Shown: positions 1 through 14,060, numbered from the whole stretch's first letter. The stretch: DNA of 60,500 bases, filler included, from Sphacelaria rigidula (GCA_964200075.2; 8 parts of 8 records of this genome joined end to end with filler, not necessarily neighbours in it), one strand, 5' to 3'. The notes: a model not told the origin generated them from the letters alone. Numbers and translations are program-made.

Positions 1-3000
1 CTCCTTAGGCACAGTGTGCGTTTCCAGAGCTCAAATAGATGCCTTTCAGCCGATTTTGGAACGAAACACGTTATGGACAAGCTGGGTCTACTGCTCACCA
101 CTGCTCACCTATTTCTGTTGGTGGTTTCATCCATCGCCCTGACTGACACTAAAACGAGTATGTTTTAATTTCAACCATTTTTTCCGACCAGTTGGTAACG
201 TCTGTTGCCATCATCAGCGGTAGGCACGCTGGCTTTATTCCCATCACCAGCATTGCAATATATTGCATTGCATTCTCAGTATTACAACTTTTCCCTCCTT
301 GATCGGAACGGCGCGTGGCTTCTCTTGATAAAGTTGTGATCATCTCACCGTCGTCTACTGTAACACACCGCCTACTTACAGCATTCTGCTCGTGTTTTGA
401 TACTCATGTGAGCATGGCCACATGTGCAGCTGGCCCGATCACTGGTGCTGTTTTGCTCTGCTGAAGGCAAGATGCTGCGCGCCGCTCATGTGCACGAATA
501 GCCATAACTCGGGGAGTATCGTGACAACGGGCCGTTCGATGCAGGCGTTGCCTCCCCATCAAGAAAACCAGCCCGAACCTACGTGAAGCCGCCTGTCAGC
601 GCCCAACGAGCGGTCCCAGTGTTCAAGGGATGAACTAGATTGAACTGGAACTAGATTGAACTGGTGCTATCTATACTACGGTTTACTGTACTGCACTGTT
701 GTACTGTAATGTACTGCACTGCTGTACTACTGTACCGCTCCCTAAACAATACCGCCTACTCTCGATGCTGATACTTCACAGACAGTGAGAAATATTGACC
801 TCCCTTGCAATCTCCAGCCTCTACAGTCTGGTCTCTCATAAGACTGTAGAGCATGTGACACCGAAACTCGAGGCTGTTGGAAAGCTTTGGTCGGGATTCG
901 TGGAGATACTTTGGCAGGATCGGGTGCAGGTTCTGTACAGTGAAGGTAAAGAAACAACACGGGGGTGTTATACCCCGTACGATCGCGACGGTCTGCTTCA
1001 AGCACCGCGTACCGCAACAGCACGCAAACATGAATTACACAGGCTCTTGGCTGCAACGCTCTCCGGAAACACACAAGATTTTCTCCAGGCCTAAACTATG
1101 CTACGGACCTCCTCATCGCCATGTACACCTACGAATTGCCTTCTGAATAAACGGCACTGCTGATGATGAAAGCTAGCGAGCGGCATGTTGCACTCAGATG
1201 GGTGTCTTCAAACCCGAACACAGCGAGCCATCGAACGTTGACTGATCACTTCGATCACAGTGCACTGCATCCCTGACCGTACTAACCTTGCTGTCCCTGA
1301 AATTTTCTGCCTGCGGTCCCACGCTGCTGCTCTGCATGATCAGCAAATACGGTTAGCAGTACAGGGCGGTCTCTACTGCACTGACTGTTGTATCGTACTG
1401 TTCTATACTCCCTCTATAATGTTCTACACTACGGTCGCTATTTTGCTAGCAATCAATTAATCAACGAGCGCCCACGAGGCGTTATTGTGGATCGCCGATC
1501 AGCGAATTGTATTGTCGTATTCCACTTTCATATCGCATTCTTCAATAGATGTGATCTTTGATTGGTTAGTTTGATCGATTGATTGATTGTCGCACTTTAA
1601 CTGCCCCGCAAGGGATCCAGCCGAGCTAAGTAGCAATTTCTGCACAGTAAGTGTGATATAGTATTCTTGGGGTGAGACCTGAGTATTTTAGTATGCCAGC
1701 ATGGCCCCAAGAAACGGTCGAAGGCCTTCTGGGTCGATATGTATGATCTCGATGATGGATCAAGAAAATTGACGGCTGGAAAAGTGCCTGCTGCGGATAG
1801 CCCTACTCTGATCCCCTGTCCTCGTAGACTTCTTGAAAGGTGTTATAACAGCATAAATAATAGCTTTCATGCACCTCCTATTTTTGCACTTTGCAAAGAT
1901 ATAACAAACCCGGTGAATCCTCGGACGGCGTGAGCTAGACAAAACTCATTTCCTCTGTCATGGCGAAATAATACGTGAACAATGACATAATCATTCAACA
2001 CACAATTTAATTACCGTCATATATTGCCTCATCGTGCCGTCCCCCGTCGCGACTAATCGGGCCCTGCGTGTGCTGCACACACTCGCCCCTTGGGATCATA
2101 TTCCGTCCCAACGCACAGGATAGTGAGCCTGCTGTTAGAAAATAATGCCTTCTCGACGCTCATTCCGATATCTGTGAGAGAGTTTTCGGGATCGCATGCC
2201 TCACCGAACGAAGATCTTGAAGAGAGACAAAATGTGCCGACGTGGGAACCTACACACGCGGTAGACGGATCAAGCAGGTACCCGGCGCAACACAGCCTTC
2301 TCACGTTTACGACGAAGACATTCAGACTCGCTTTCTGACTTGAATTCTCAGCGCAGTAGCAGCTGAAGGCGATATGGCACCACATCGTCGGAAGAAGAAG
2401 GGCAAAAACGGGGTAGGAGGCTCCGATGGGGATCGATATAGACGAAGGCGATGGAGTTCCGACGATGATTCCTCAACGACCGAGAGGGGATCTGGCAAAC
2501 TTAGAGGGATAAAACGCGACGCGGCCGAAGAAAGCGCGCTCGAGGCAAGCTGAAGTTGTGGCTTAGTTGGATGCGATATTCTACGACGAGAAAGAGGGTG
2601 ATTTGGTACTGAAATTACCGCAATCACATACATGTTGTGCTCAATTAAACCCGCTTGCATGCTGGTCCACTGTACTGTGTCACTCCTGTTTGAAGTGGGG
2701 GGTACAAAAACGAGACTTGTACCAGAAATGGGGGGAGGGGGTATCAATATACTTCGAGCACATGCTGATTCAAGCAGCACCGACTGCTACATCAGAAAGT
2801 AGAAGGCAGTTCGTACAACACCAGTTGTCGACATGGAAGCGATCGAACAGAGGTATTTAGATATCTTCATTGTCTCGTTGAATACCACCAGCATAAGAGA
2901 CGAAAAACATACACTGATCTCAGAGGGGCGAGAGGTACCGACGTACACCTTCATCAGCTCCTCCGTAAGCTATGACAGATGTCCCTTATTTCTTCCAACC

Positions 3001-3697
3001 GAGAACGCATAGCACATCTTGAGACAACTCTACGTTTGCTCCTTGTCACTTTGAGAAGGAAAATGAGAAAAACACCGTCTGCAGATCACTCCGTACCGTC
3101 GGGTGTTCCGCCGCACTTTCTACCAATAATCTCGGGACAGTACTGGATCTCACGCTCTTGCGTCTCACGCTGTTTCCCATGCGTCAAATTGACACATGAT
3201 TAACATCCTCCCTAAGTTTACACATTGGGAACTCGAACACGTGTGAAAAAAATGCCCTCAATCATGACTCACGGAAACTGGTGGAACACTTCAAACTTGA
3301 AACCCCCCAAAAAAATGTCCCCCATGAGCACACGTCGCATCCAAGTTTTGAGCGAAATATGGAATACTCGCGATTATGACACGAATTTCATGAGAATGCA
3401 CTTCACCCCTGGTAGGACACACTAAATTAAACCTCGTGGCGGCATCTCAGTCAAAACGTTCATAGCTCGACACATAACCCGTACAAGGTCCGAGACTCAT
3501 ACCTCAGTCGACAAAGTTGCCGAAGTTACTTTATGTCCATCAAAACATTCCTGTGGTACCGGAAACTATTCACAGGTAACGGTTTCGTCAGCACGTCAGC
3601 GTGCTGATGAACTGTCGGTACATACTCTACTCGAATGACCTGCTCAGACACCAACTCTCTAAATAAATGATGACGTATATCTATTATATATGCTTAC

Positions 3698-5634
3698 TGT
3701 TGTGGGAGCTTCGCGGATTATTCGCGAGCTGAATAGCTCCCTGATTGTCCTCGTAGACTGTGACCGGAATGCAAAGCTACTTCCTCTGCGGTTGCATGAA
3801 TTTCAGGACCGCCTTCACCGAAAGAGCATCCCTCACCACGTCCCCATCGCTACATACTCAGCCTGAGTCGTAGACAACGCCACATTCTTCTGAGTCCGAG
3901 AGAAAAATCCAACGCGACCCCACAGAAAAATATTGCCCCTCCCGACACAGAACGCTGATCGTCGAATTTTGCGTAGTCAGCATCCGTATACGCTACCAAC
4001 TCGTCGCACGAACTTCTGACATACGTAATCCCTAAACCTACCATAGTCCTCAGGTATTCAAAAACCCTCGACACTTTGCGTCAGTCTGACGGGTTCTCGT
4101 TGTGCCTGGACGCAGCTCTCACGGCATCGGCCATGTCCAGGCGAGTGTTGCTGGATAGCCACATCAGCGATCCTACCGCCTCGCGATACCTCCCCCTGAA
4201 GTCTTCTCCCTTATCGACCTTGCAAGAATATGAGACATACGCAGGGGTCGCTGCGGTCCTAGTGATGGAAAACCTCGTTAGAACCGTTGGATATATGCAG
4301 CTTGTGACAACTACAGAGTACCCTTCTCGAGGCTGTACCTATACTCGCACCCTGCATACAAGACCGGTTCAAGATTTATCGTCGGAAAGTGACAGTTGAG
4401 ATCTGCAGCCAACTTGTCGCACACAGCCTCATCACCCATCACGAACATGTTATCGACATGCACCACAATTCGAACCTTGACCTCCTCCCCGTCCATCAAC
4501 CTGTAGATATATGGATCGACCAAACTCTGCTCGAATCCCAGACTTTGAATTGTTTTCCCTACCTTACCAAACCATTCTCCAGCCGCTTTTCGAATCCTAT
4601 CCAAAATTTTCCTCAGGCGTACGACAGTACCTGACCGTCTATCTAGACGTGGTGTTAACCGCATGTACACTTCATCACTCAGCTCAGATTTTACGAAAGC
4701 TTGCTCAACGTCAACGTGAAAAATGGTATTGCCCTCAGCGCAAGCTACCACCGGGGCTACTCTCTTGGTTGTTGAGGAAGTGGTCGGTGAAAACGTTGAA
4801 ATGTCCCCAAGCTCTTGACGATCACCCCTGAAAACCAGTCGAGCTTTTGCCTGAATCACATAACCATGCTCGTCAGTCTTCCACTGAAAACCCACTCATA
4901 ATATATTGCTTTCTCCCCTTCTGGCGGTGAGTCTACAACTGTCCACGTGTTGTTACGTTCTGATCCTTTCACCTCTCTGTTCATTGCACCAATCCTCACT
5001 CTCTTGAACTGAGAATTGTATACATCCCTTACCGTCTCAGGCGCTACCTCAATCTCATCAAGAATAACATATGGAATATCCTCGAACTCAGACTCCCCTG
5101 TTTTTCTCGGGTCGTCCGTGTCGCCCAGGAATGCCAGTATCCTGTTGGCGCCTCACAAATCCTCCGTCGACACCCACAACGCACTGTAATCGCCTTCTAG
5201 ATGTTGTAGGTCAGGATGGTGTTGATGCAGTCGCTGTTCTTGGTGTTGTTGCTGTAGCAGTCGTGTCTGTTGCCTGGTCCGACCTAGCGTCGGCTCAACC
5301 CCATCTAGTTGGTTCGCGGCACCCCCGCCACCGAAAGACGATAGCTCCGACGAATCACGATCGGAAGATGGTGCAGACGATGTCGACGACGTGGGCGACG
5401 CAGGCGGCTGCTCCACTGCGTTCTCGCCGTCGTCATTTTGTGGTCCGTGCTCAGGTTCTGAACGCTCATTGCCATCTCTTTCACGCTTCTCGGACACCGC
5501 ACCATCTGTCAATTCCCCCGCCACTCCGAGGTCCGACTCCCCTGAATCAGAGTCCTCGGCATCGCTCTCCCCGCTCTCTACACTCTGCCAGACTCCCCCA
5601 CCCCGCCTAGAAAACGGAATCGCTGTTTGCGAGC
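3698..5634 (-). mobile_element. Degenerate Ty1/copia LTR retrotransposon fragment (integrase-RT spacer, RT, start of RNase H, possible 3' LTR end)
   Basis: ORF 4311-4895 has WKTD..G.V...KARLV.RG, HVDVEQAF, VYM, VVHVDN (copia RT). ORF 3850-4074 has LVAYTDADYA..DQRSVSGG (copia RNase H). Frameshifts and stops present. Minus strand ends ...CACAACA at 3698 (LTR-like; weak). Confidence 0.92.
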
Positions 5635-5638
5635 TTAA

Positions 5639-6680
5639 CCCTTTTGGGACCGGGCCACCAGAACGACCAATGAGATTGGTCAGGAATGACGTGTCTGGCG
5701 TCTGCACGAAACAATGGCGTGTTGCTGAAAATCCGCGTATGTAACCGCAGAGTCATGACGAAGACCAAAAGTTTCATCCAATCTATTTCAGGTGCAGGGT
5801 GCGCATTAGGTGGTGTACATCTGATGTAGCAAGCAGTATGGGTCGTGGTGAAGAGCTTCCAACAAGATGCGGCGAACGGCGAGCCGCCCGCCCCTCGTGG
5901 CTTTGGATGATACTTTTGTCCTCATCACCTTGCCACACAGCCCTTTGTGATCGGGGTGGGCCGCCATTTCCCCCCTTGTTGCATGCGGCAAATTCTCTTC
6001 GAAATGTATCAACGTTGCGGCGCGCATCCATACAAGAGTATATAATAGTACAGTGCAGTGTAGAAGGCCTCTCCAACTGAAGCAGCAGCTGCCGCTGCAT
6101 ACCCCCTTGCACGTTCTGGGCAATTCTCAGCTACCGAAATCAGCTACCTATATACAGCTTTGTCATCCCCGTTCACTACATACATGTGGACTACACACTG
6201 CAAGTCATCGGCAAAGGGATACTCAGAATTCATTACGGTAGCTCCTGTTGTCTTTCCACAGCCCACCTGGATTTTGTGCCTCGTGAAAATGACCACATGT
6301 GCATGTACACTCGTTCCCGTTTTTTTCCGGGCCACCCTGTGTTAGTGTAAATTACCACGTTTCAGTATAGAATTGGGACCCAAAAAACACTCTGTAAAAA
6401 CTCGGGAACGGTATACTGAGAGCAAGTAATACCATAAAACCAAGCTGCGACCACGCTGCACGTAGAAACCTGGGGACGCTTATCTGGGCCAGGGATAGGG
6501 CCCCCACACGATCTATGCAGTGGCATTACACTCGACAACAGTCCCCGCGCTGATCGTTCGGATCTGGTTGATAAATAGCGCCTCGCTGTGATTGGGCAGG
6601 TGGCTCGAAGACATATATTTTTCATTATTTCACTAACACAGGGTCAACCCTGTGTTAGTGGGGATCCGGTCCCAAAAGGG
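5639..6680. mobile_element. Putative non-autonomous TIR element, piggyBac-like left end
   Basis: TTAA|CCCTTTTGGGACCGG (5639-5653) and exact inverted copy CCGGTCCCAAAAGGG (6666-6680). The right flank is TTGT, not TTAA. Abuts the 5' break of the copia fragment. Confidence 0.5.
6631..6660. repeat. Perfect 30-bp hairpin made of two CACTA-type termini
   Basis: CACTAACACAGGG-tcaa-CCCTGTGTTAGTG; third copy of the arm at 6335-6347. Confidence 0.75.
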
Positions 6681-7476
6681 TTGTCTCATGAGAAAAAAAA
6701 CTTTTGGTACCGAGGTATATATTTTTTTAATGCCCCATGCATTGTCCATACCAAATTTTACGCTCCAACTCTAAATATTGGGGTGAGCAAACCCATGTAA
6801 ACTTCAAACCCGCCTCTAGGCTGGCCTAGCTCGTAAGTGGAGACAAAGCAAGGGGACGGCTCTACTTCATTTGAGCTGGTTTTGTTTCGTCAAATCTCTT
6901 CTTTTCATATTGCGTTCTCTATTTCCAAAAAATAATCATTCAACCCCAACAACACAAATCCCAACCAACAACCCCAACCACCCCAAACAAAAAAACAAAC
7001 AAATGAAATTAAGTCAAATTAAAACAATTCTTTTATATCAGACATTCTTCTCTATTCGTTGCCTTTCGTGTGGGTGTTATCTAGGAATCGTGCTCAGACG
7101 AGTCGTCGGCGAAAGTAAAAGCGGCAATAATTCGTGCGTCCGAGGAACGAAGTATGACATGTTTTGAATATTTAGGCGCTCCCTTGCATGCCACTGTTTC
7201 TTCTCGCTTGACGTTCGTTCGTATCACAAGGATATATTCACGGGAGAGCGTAAATTTCATTTCAGAAGGCTCCCTATCCCCCTCCCCTGTCCCCCCGCCG
7301 ATGTTTGTCCGCAGAACACGCATATCTGAGCCCGAACGGTGCCCAGGCATCTTTGTTATAGATAACAACGTAGTACAACCGCGTTGTGATGCAAAAGCAG
7401 AGAGTAACGTGTGCAGCACAAACACCCCCCACCCCCCATTTGTCTTTGAGATATCATATAAGGAGTTAGTTCGAGA

Positions 7477-7576
7477 NNNNNNNNNNNNNNNNNNNNNNNN
7501 NNNNNNNNNNNNNNNNNNNNTTAATTAATTAANNNNNNNNNNNNNNNNNNNNNNNNNNNNNNNNNNNNNNNNNNNN
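7477..7576. other. Artificial contig linker N44-TTAATTAATTAA-N44 (first of 7; others at 15052-15151, 22627-22726, 30202-30301, 37777-37876, 45352-45451, 52927-53026)
   Basis: Identical 100-nt spacers every 7575 nt; the 12-mer gives stops in all six frames. Confidence 0.99.
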
Positions 7577-7885
7577 GAGTACGGATACGAGTCAAGTCTT
7601 CCCGCTGCCTGTACCCAGCCCATGACCTCAGTTATCACGGTAACAACTTCATGTTGTGTCCACCGGCGTCCGGGCTTGCCTATTCGAAGCTTGCGGCCTT
7701 TTCGATCACTTATCTGTGATCAGCACATCGTGTGTAGCACAACGTTGTGACAGCTAAGCACGTATCTCACCCGCTACGCGTCCGTTTACTGCGTGCGATG
7801 GCTTGAACGACAGCTACAGACTATGTGAGTGTTTTCCATATGTTGATGTGTCCATGCGGGACTTGTGGGACGGATGCTGAAGGTT

Positions 7886-7975
7886 GACGGGTGTAACATA
7901 ATACGTCAACGCTGACGTATGTAACAGAGTACATCAACGCTGACGGATGTAACAGATTACGTCAACACTGACGTA
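7886..7975 (+). repeat. ~28-bp tandem repeat, ~3 copies
   Basis: Unit approx TGACGGATGTAACAGATTACGTCAACGC. Confidence 0.8.
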
Positions 7976-8117
7976 AATAGCAAGACCCCAAAAAAATAAC
8001 TTGTTGAAAAGTGCTTTTTTCATCCTTCTCCGTCGTTTTTGCCCCGAGAAGAGGGCTCAGCGGATGTTGACACCTCAGAGCGTTCCAGAGCACCTTTGCG
8101 TTTTCCGTAGGTCACAG

Positions 8118-8224
8118 TGTAGTCGGTGGAAGGACCGCGTGCTTAGAGGACCGCACCGTAGCTCGAAACACCTCAGTCTCGACGTTTTCCAAAACCTATC
8201 GGGCCAGTCTCTGCAGGTACCACG
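8118..8224 (+). mobile_element. Truncated copy of the TGT..ACA MITE seen at 34878-35072
   Basis: Shares AGGACCGCG...AAAACC.ATCGGGCCAGTC...GCAGGTACCACG with 34890-34968. Confidence 0.7.
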
Positions 8225-8786
8225 ATAGTGTGGGAGGAACTTTTGGCAGGAAATAGATCAACCTCGTCACGGGTGCATGGGCCCTTGATTATTCTGGTCG
8301 CACTCCGACAGATCACCCAGGGATTCACCCGAGCAACCCGAGGCCTCACGTACTGAATCATGACGTCACGGCGATAGTCGAAGCCCCCGATCTTCCGCGA
8401 CTGATGCGATGGGCAAAAGACAGGAATGCTACACATCAACCCCTGTCCCTCTTCTCCATTGTATCCACTACTGGCTTGGGAATCCTGTCACCAACGTTTA
8501 GCTTCTCGCACGAAGCGACGACAAGCTCTGCTTACATCCACTCTACGTCCGGCCTACACTTTCGCCTCTTGCTCTTACTGCCCATTGTACACCCTTCAAA
8601 GTTTCCCACTGTCTTGTAATCTGCTGTGATTTTTTTTTGCCGTATTCGCCGATGTTGTAGCCAGAAGCGTTGTTTTGAATGGCGGAGGTGGCCGGCGACC
8701 ACCAGCGCACCTGAACTTCTGCTTCGCCGTCGGCCCCCTCGCGCTTGTCCGTGACCCTACCCACCAAAAACGGAGCTTTGTCACCG

Positions 8787-8896
8787 CACGGGTGGCCACT
8801 GCGGTGCCTGTAACCTCAAATTTCGACGTGACAGACCTTGTGCAACGTCTGTCACGTCGAAATTTGAGTTTACAGGCACCCCAGCGGCCACCCGTG
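8787..8896. mobile_element. 110-bp foldback MITE, CACGG...CCGTG termini, 2-bp TSD (CG)
   Basis: ~50-bp near-perfect arms around a 10-nt loop; CG at 8785-86 and 8897-98; excision restores transposase frame FVFFL-GDKAPFLVGRV. Confidence 0.9.
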
Positions 8897-11750
8897 CGAG
8901 AAAGAAAACAAAATGTCCCTTGTCGATCGAGGGAACATACCCTGCTGGATGGCCATCTCCGTCGCTCCCGCTACCTAGCACTAAGTTATCGACCCCACCC
9001 TTTCCCGGATCATCGCCGACAGGCGGCTTCCACCCCCCCACAGACCCCTTGACTACATCAACATCCCTATCTGCCCCCGCTCTCTCTTCCCGTGACCCTC
9101 CAGATGACTGCACGCCATTACGCTTGAACCAATGACACGAAAGGTTCCACGGTACTGAGCCTTTCGCGGCCAGAAGTCGGTGGGACGTCGCCATGTCGTA
9201 CTTGATGGCCTGCTGTTTGTCGAAATCTGCGCGTCGCACGGGAGGGTGGAGGCAGTACATCTGAGGAATTCAGGGCTCGGATGCGCTCCTGCGGTGGGGA
9301 AAATGATACGAGAAATAAGGATGAGAAACTTGGACCCGCCGTCCGCAGCGAAAACAAAACAAATAGAGTACACAGCGATCAGGACACAGTGTCACCACCT
9401 GGGGTGCTTGGGGGTGCAACGCACCGAGGGGATTGAGGGCAGCTAGCCGACAGTGGACGGCGTTATAGCGAGCCAGTGTGTTATCTCGCTGTGCGGCATC
9501 CACTTCTTTCAGGTCGAATGGAGGTGCACACTCCAGATCTGGAACACCCATGCGGAAGAGCGGGTGAGGGGCTCCCTCGTAGATCCCGGCGGCCGTCTTT
9601 CCCGTGAAGACTGTAGCATGTATGTGCTTCTTCATGCCGACGGTCACCTGCTCCGTCCCCGCTGGGCGGATTTCGAATGAACGGGGCTGAGTCACGCCAC
9701 GAATGGGCAGCACACGGCCACCTTCACCGACAGCTCCTTTGAAGTTGCCGAGGGAGCGAAGAGTGGTGGTGAACACCTCCAGTGCCTCGTATGCCTTGCG
9801 AAAAGCTTCCGCCTGCTGCCTTCTCGTGAACAGGCAAACTCCCTCGCAGTGAATGGAAATCCTGATAAAAAATCCCAATGCATTTGTCGTCGGTTCTTGC
9901 TATATACATCTAGATTTCTTCTCATCGCCAACTCGCTGTACGCATAAAACATATCCCTGGAAATGCCAGTACGAAATCAGGCCGGTTTGTTCGACCCATA
10001 TTATTATGGTATTTAGGAGCGTAAGCACGTGTGCTGCGGATCATCGTGGATTCTCGTCCAGACCACCTAAGGCGCTTCGAAAGCGCATATATCTGGACAC
10101 CGTGTCGGCGTGGAATATCGTTGGCGGAGGCGGTATTTCATCTGCTCCTGGGGTTTTGCCCACCGCGTCTGCGGAGGCAACGCGTGATTTGTGCGACCCG
10201 TGTCAACAACAGCAGAGGTACTCGTGCAGTGAGAGATGTCGTCTGAAAAAAATACGACAGCATGAACGAAAAAAATAGACGAAAATATGGGTGGAGTATT
10301 GAGTGATGGGTGCGGTTTCACGCCTGCAGTATCACAGTAGAAGGCGAACGATTTTGTTTATCCCTTCCAGTGCGGTGGGGATGGTGTCTCCTTGCCCCTC
10401 ATCGTATTCGCGGATAGATTACAATGTAGTTTGACGTGGTCACGGGGAGGAACAGCGGGGTCGCGGGTAGATGATGTAACCATCACCGGGTCTTCTGATG
10501 GGTGGGTCCGTTCGTGTACTGGATAAAATCAACGTCTTGGTTGGATTCACTAGGGTTCGTATAAGGAACGAGCATTTTTTTCCGTGACACACAGCTACAT
10601 GATTTCCTCCACTCGTCACTGTTGTCTGCAAGGATAATCCCGACGCACCTCGAAAAGACCTGGTCTATCATGATGTGGGTATGTCCCACCATCATGTAAT
10701 TAATCTCCACGCGGCCAATTGTCCCACGGGCCACAAGACATCCGAGGTATCCCAGCACGATATGATTCTTATTCTCCCCCACACAGTTGTCGAGTTGCAG
10801 AAATAGCTCATCGATGTAAGCTGGTGTGTCGCCGGTGCAATACAAGTCGAATAATCGGGTAAGTGCGAGGTGGATTGAAGTGCAAATAAGATTGCTCCCT
10901 GCACAGCGGCGAGCAACGACGGCGTCAGGGCGCAAATGTCAGTATTCTCGGGGGTTGCTGGCTACGAGGAATGCCGTAACAACTCATATCTTGCTCTCGG
11001 TCGGGATACGAAAAGGCCTCCCGAGCAGATTGCTCGGATAAGAAAGCAAGATAGTCAAGTGGCTTAGGTCTCCCGCGGTGCGCCAGTAATCGCGGGCGGT
11101 GTCTGGCTCACGAATGCCGTGTGTGCGTGCACATCGCGTGGGAGAGCAGGGAGTCACTTCCTCCGATTGTGAGGGGAGACAGGAAGAATTCCACGAACTG
11201 CCCTTCCACAAGTACTGCCATAACTTTTTGGCGCTCTGCGTATCCCCTGCCAGGCGTGGCGATCGCCAACAATCACGAGCAGAAGTCATATGCACCACTG
11301 AAGCAACATGAATGGATATTCAGGGCGTCAGTTACTCACCTACTTGTTATGGCGTCCGGGCTCATGACAGAAACCCTCGAAGGATGATAAGTAACTATGT
11401 ATGCCTTGACACCTCCTGCGGTCTCGGGACGAGAAAAATCTCCGAATACCGTCTTTGCAGCGAAACGGTCGTGAAGGAAACACCTTGAAACATTCATCAC
11501 ACTTCATAGAGGATATTTGCACCAAAACGCAGCATATTCCGGACAGGATAGGCTGGATTCTGGCAGGAAAGGGAGGAGGGCGCACGCTGAGCACGGCAAA
11601 GACACAAACAAAGGGATGGAAAAAACAAATGAATGCAGACATGTCGACTCAAGGCCTATTGGCCGCGCCGTAGAAGCGTACATACAATCGTTTTTGTAGT
11701 CTGCGCACACACGCACACTTGAAGATACAGTTACACATATGTACTGTCAG

Positions 11751-14060
11751 GTTCGGGCTCCAACAACTCCGCGTGTCGCTGTCAACGTGGCAGCTAAGGA
11801 CGATCACAGTCGTATCAGAAGCGGGGATGTGCGGTGCTAATGAGGGGGGGGGATACCACCATGAGTAGTGGCAGGCATGAGGGCGTCCACGTGATTTTGT
11901 TTTCGAGGTATCGACAGTGAGAGGCGCGTGTTTGCTATAAATAGTGATGTCCTCGGTCATCCAAACAGGACGAGCTGTCGCCACCTGGTTCTTGCAGTTT
12001 GGACCGCTCGATCAGAGTGGTGTTCCGATAGGGGTAGCACTTTCGAGGCGAAATCCCGTCTGGTTCAGGGGCTCCTGAAGATCCTAGTTGCCGTGTTTGT
12101 GCACCCCTAGCGCGGCATCACTTATCACTTTGTGGGGAGGAACCGTTTCTTTACTGAGCGAAGGAGAAACGCATCCAACGGTATGGGGTGGCTGATACCC
12201 AAGATTTGTACGTTCCTGTGGATGAATCGTGTTGTGGCCCGCGGTGTAGGTGCAAGCCCGAAACACTACATGTACATGTCAACCGCACCGCCGAAAAGTA
12301 TATGCGGGTGTGGAAATCGCAAAATACTGTGTAGTGCCGTTGTGGTCTTCGAGATGAGGGGTAGAGAACGAAGGTATAAGGAATCGTCCAATTCTAGGGG
12401 CCTAAGAAAAGCGAGGTAAAATTTGAAGCGAGGGGGGCCGCAGAAAATGACAGAACGGTGTAGAACACACGTATACGACCTGGAAATATGCAGGGAAACA
12501 TCATCGCATCAGACTGAAATACAAAGGGTGTACTCATGATCATGCATGCCATAGTCTGACTATGCTTGGTTACCCGTGCTGTCGCGATAACCGCTCTCTC
12601 ACCTGTCTATGCCGTGTGTCAACGGCGAGCACATCGGTAACGCGAATGCCGTTTGAGCTGCTGCGTCTGCTTGCATGGACGCATACTTGAGTGGTTCCAT
12701 GTTCGCCTTTGCTCTGATGGCACCGGGGCTGATGGTGGCCAATCGCTGTCGGTCTGCCGTCAACACCTGAAGGAGCGGCGGGATGTCGACGTGCGGCTTT
12801 TTCAGGGGCGGCTGGTCGTGCACTGGGCTCTGGGGAATTGGTTAAGCCCACTTCCCGATTACGACACCTCAACAAATACGCGTGCTTAGGCCCGTGAAGA
12901 CCTGTCTGCCACCAGCGGCTCGAATGAGGCACTCTACTCGCGGGATAGGGTGCCTTCGGAGGAGGATGAAATGGTGCTGGGCGAGGGGAGGGACACAACG
13001 GCCGAGGCGTCCAAATCCACGCCCTACTAGCGCAGCTGTACGATGACAAAAGGCCTTGAGTCCTGAACAAGCCGAGGGCATGCTGAAAATACATGAATAG
13101 GAGGTGATGGTGACATATTGTTTACAGCTAAGAAGTGAAAAATCAACCTCGGCGTCTCAGAGGTACAGCCTGGTGCAGAAAAGTGCGCAATTTAGTTGTC
13201 GTTGAGTGCATCGATGTGCGTCCTTCTCTCGGTTGAACGAACACCAAATTACTCAACAAGAGTACGAGGCCAGAGTCTCCTCATGACTTTTGGGGGTTGG
13301 TCTGTCGTAGCCTAATCGCGGTATTTTTTCGTCGTGGGAACGCTACATACAGAATGAGCTCACGATGTTCTCACCTTCATATGCTCAGCTTGCCCCGCTG
13401 CGGCCTTCTTCATCGTGTCGGGGTCTGCCGTTACCTCACACCTGCTGTCCCATTCAGGGTGTCGTGAAAAAGCGTGCAGCTGTGACACTTCATAAACGAG
13501 CATCGGAGCGCATCTTGTAGTGTGGGCGGTGTTTCCGCAGCGTGAGGTAAATATAGGCCATGGTAACGGCTGCCGCTCCGACACGAGTCGTCTCTGCCAC
13601 GTAAGTGTCGTACAATTCCTGCCGAACGTCGCGGTGCATCGGAGGAATAAGTAACGTCATGGAGCGTTCGAATCTGCGCTTGCGTGGAATCGATAGTAGA
13701 GAGGGTCATGCTACGGTAGGACAGCGGGGAGGGGGGAGTGGGTGGTAAAGGGGATTTGGGGCCTTTTTTTTTGTATAATATTGTACTTGAAATTGCCGTC
13801 GGTAGCAGCAGCGGTTGCTCCAACGCGCCTGTCCTAGATAAATAAGACTCGCTCATACTGCTTTGCTCCGCTTTTGCCCCAGAACTAGTGCACCGCGAGC
13901 TTCTTGGGTCGTCTGCAGTATCTATAGACCAATGTTTTCGTGGGTTCAAATACTTTCCTGCCTTTCGCAGCGTGACTCGACGAAAGATGCGTGACGGAAA
14001 ACGTTTGAAAGACGCGCCTGTTGCTGGAAAAGAAGTATCGATTACGGATGGCGAGTCTCG
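11751..14060 (+). pseudogene. Candidate antisense gene exons nested in transposase introns (11751-11833, 11998-12180, 13883-14060; others likely)
   Basis: Each has a YAG acceptor and GT donor. First two splice in phase (FGLQQLRVSLSTWQ...GMC-VWTARSEW..., one internal TAG). Third is open for 58 codons with a GTGAGT donor. No family recognised. Confidence 0.4.

Noticed and set aside
2560-2860. Possible MULE/WRKY-like zinc finger (..LVLKLPQSHTC)
   Set aside because: Too short and degenerate to support; no adjacent DDE domain recognised.
7886-7975. Mini CRISPR or iteron array
   Set aside because: Simple head-to-tail 28-bp repeat without spacers.
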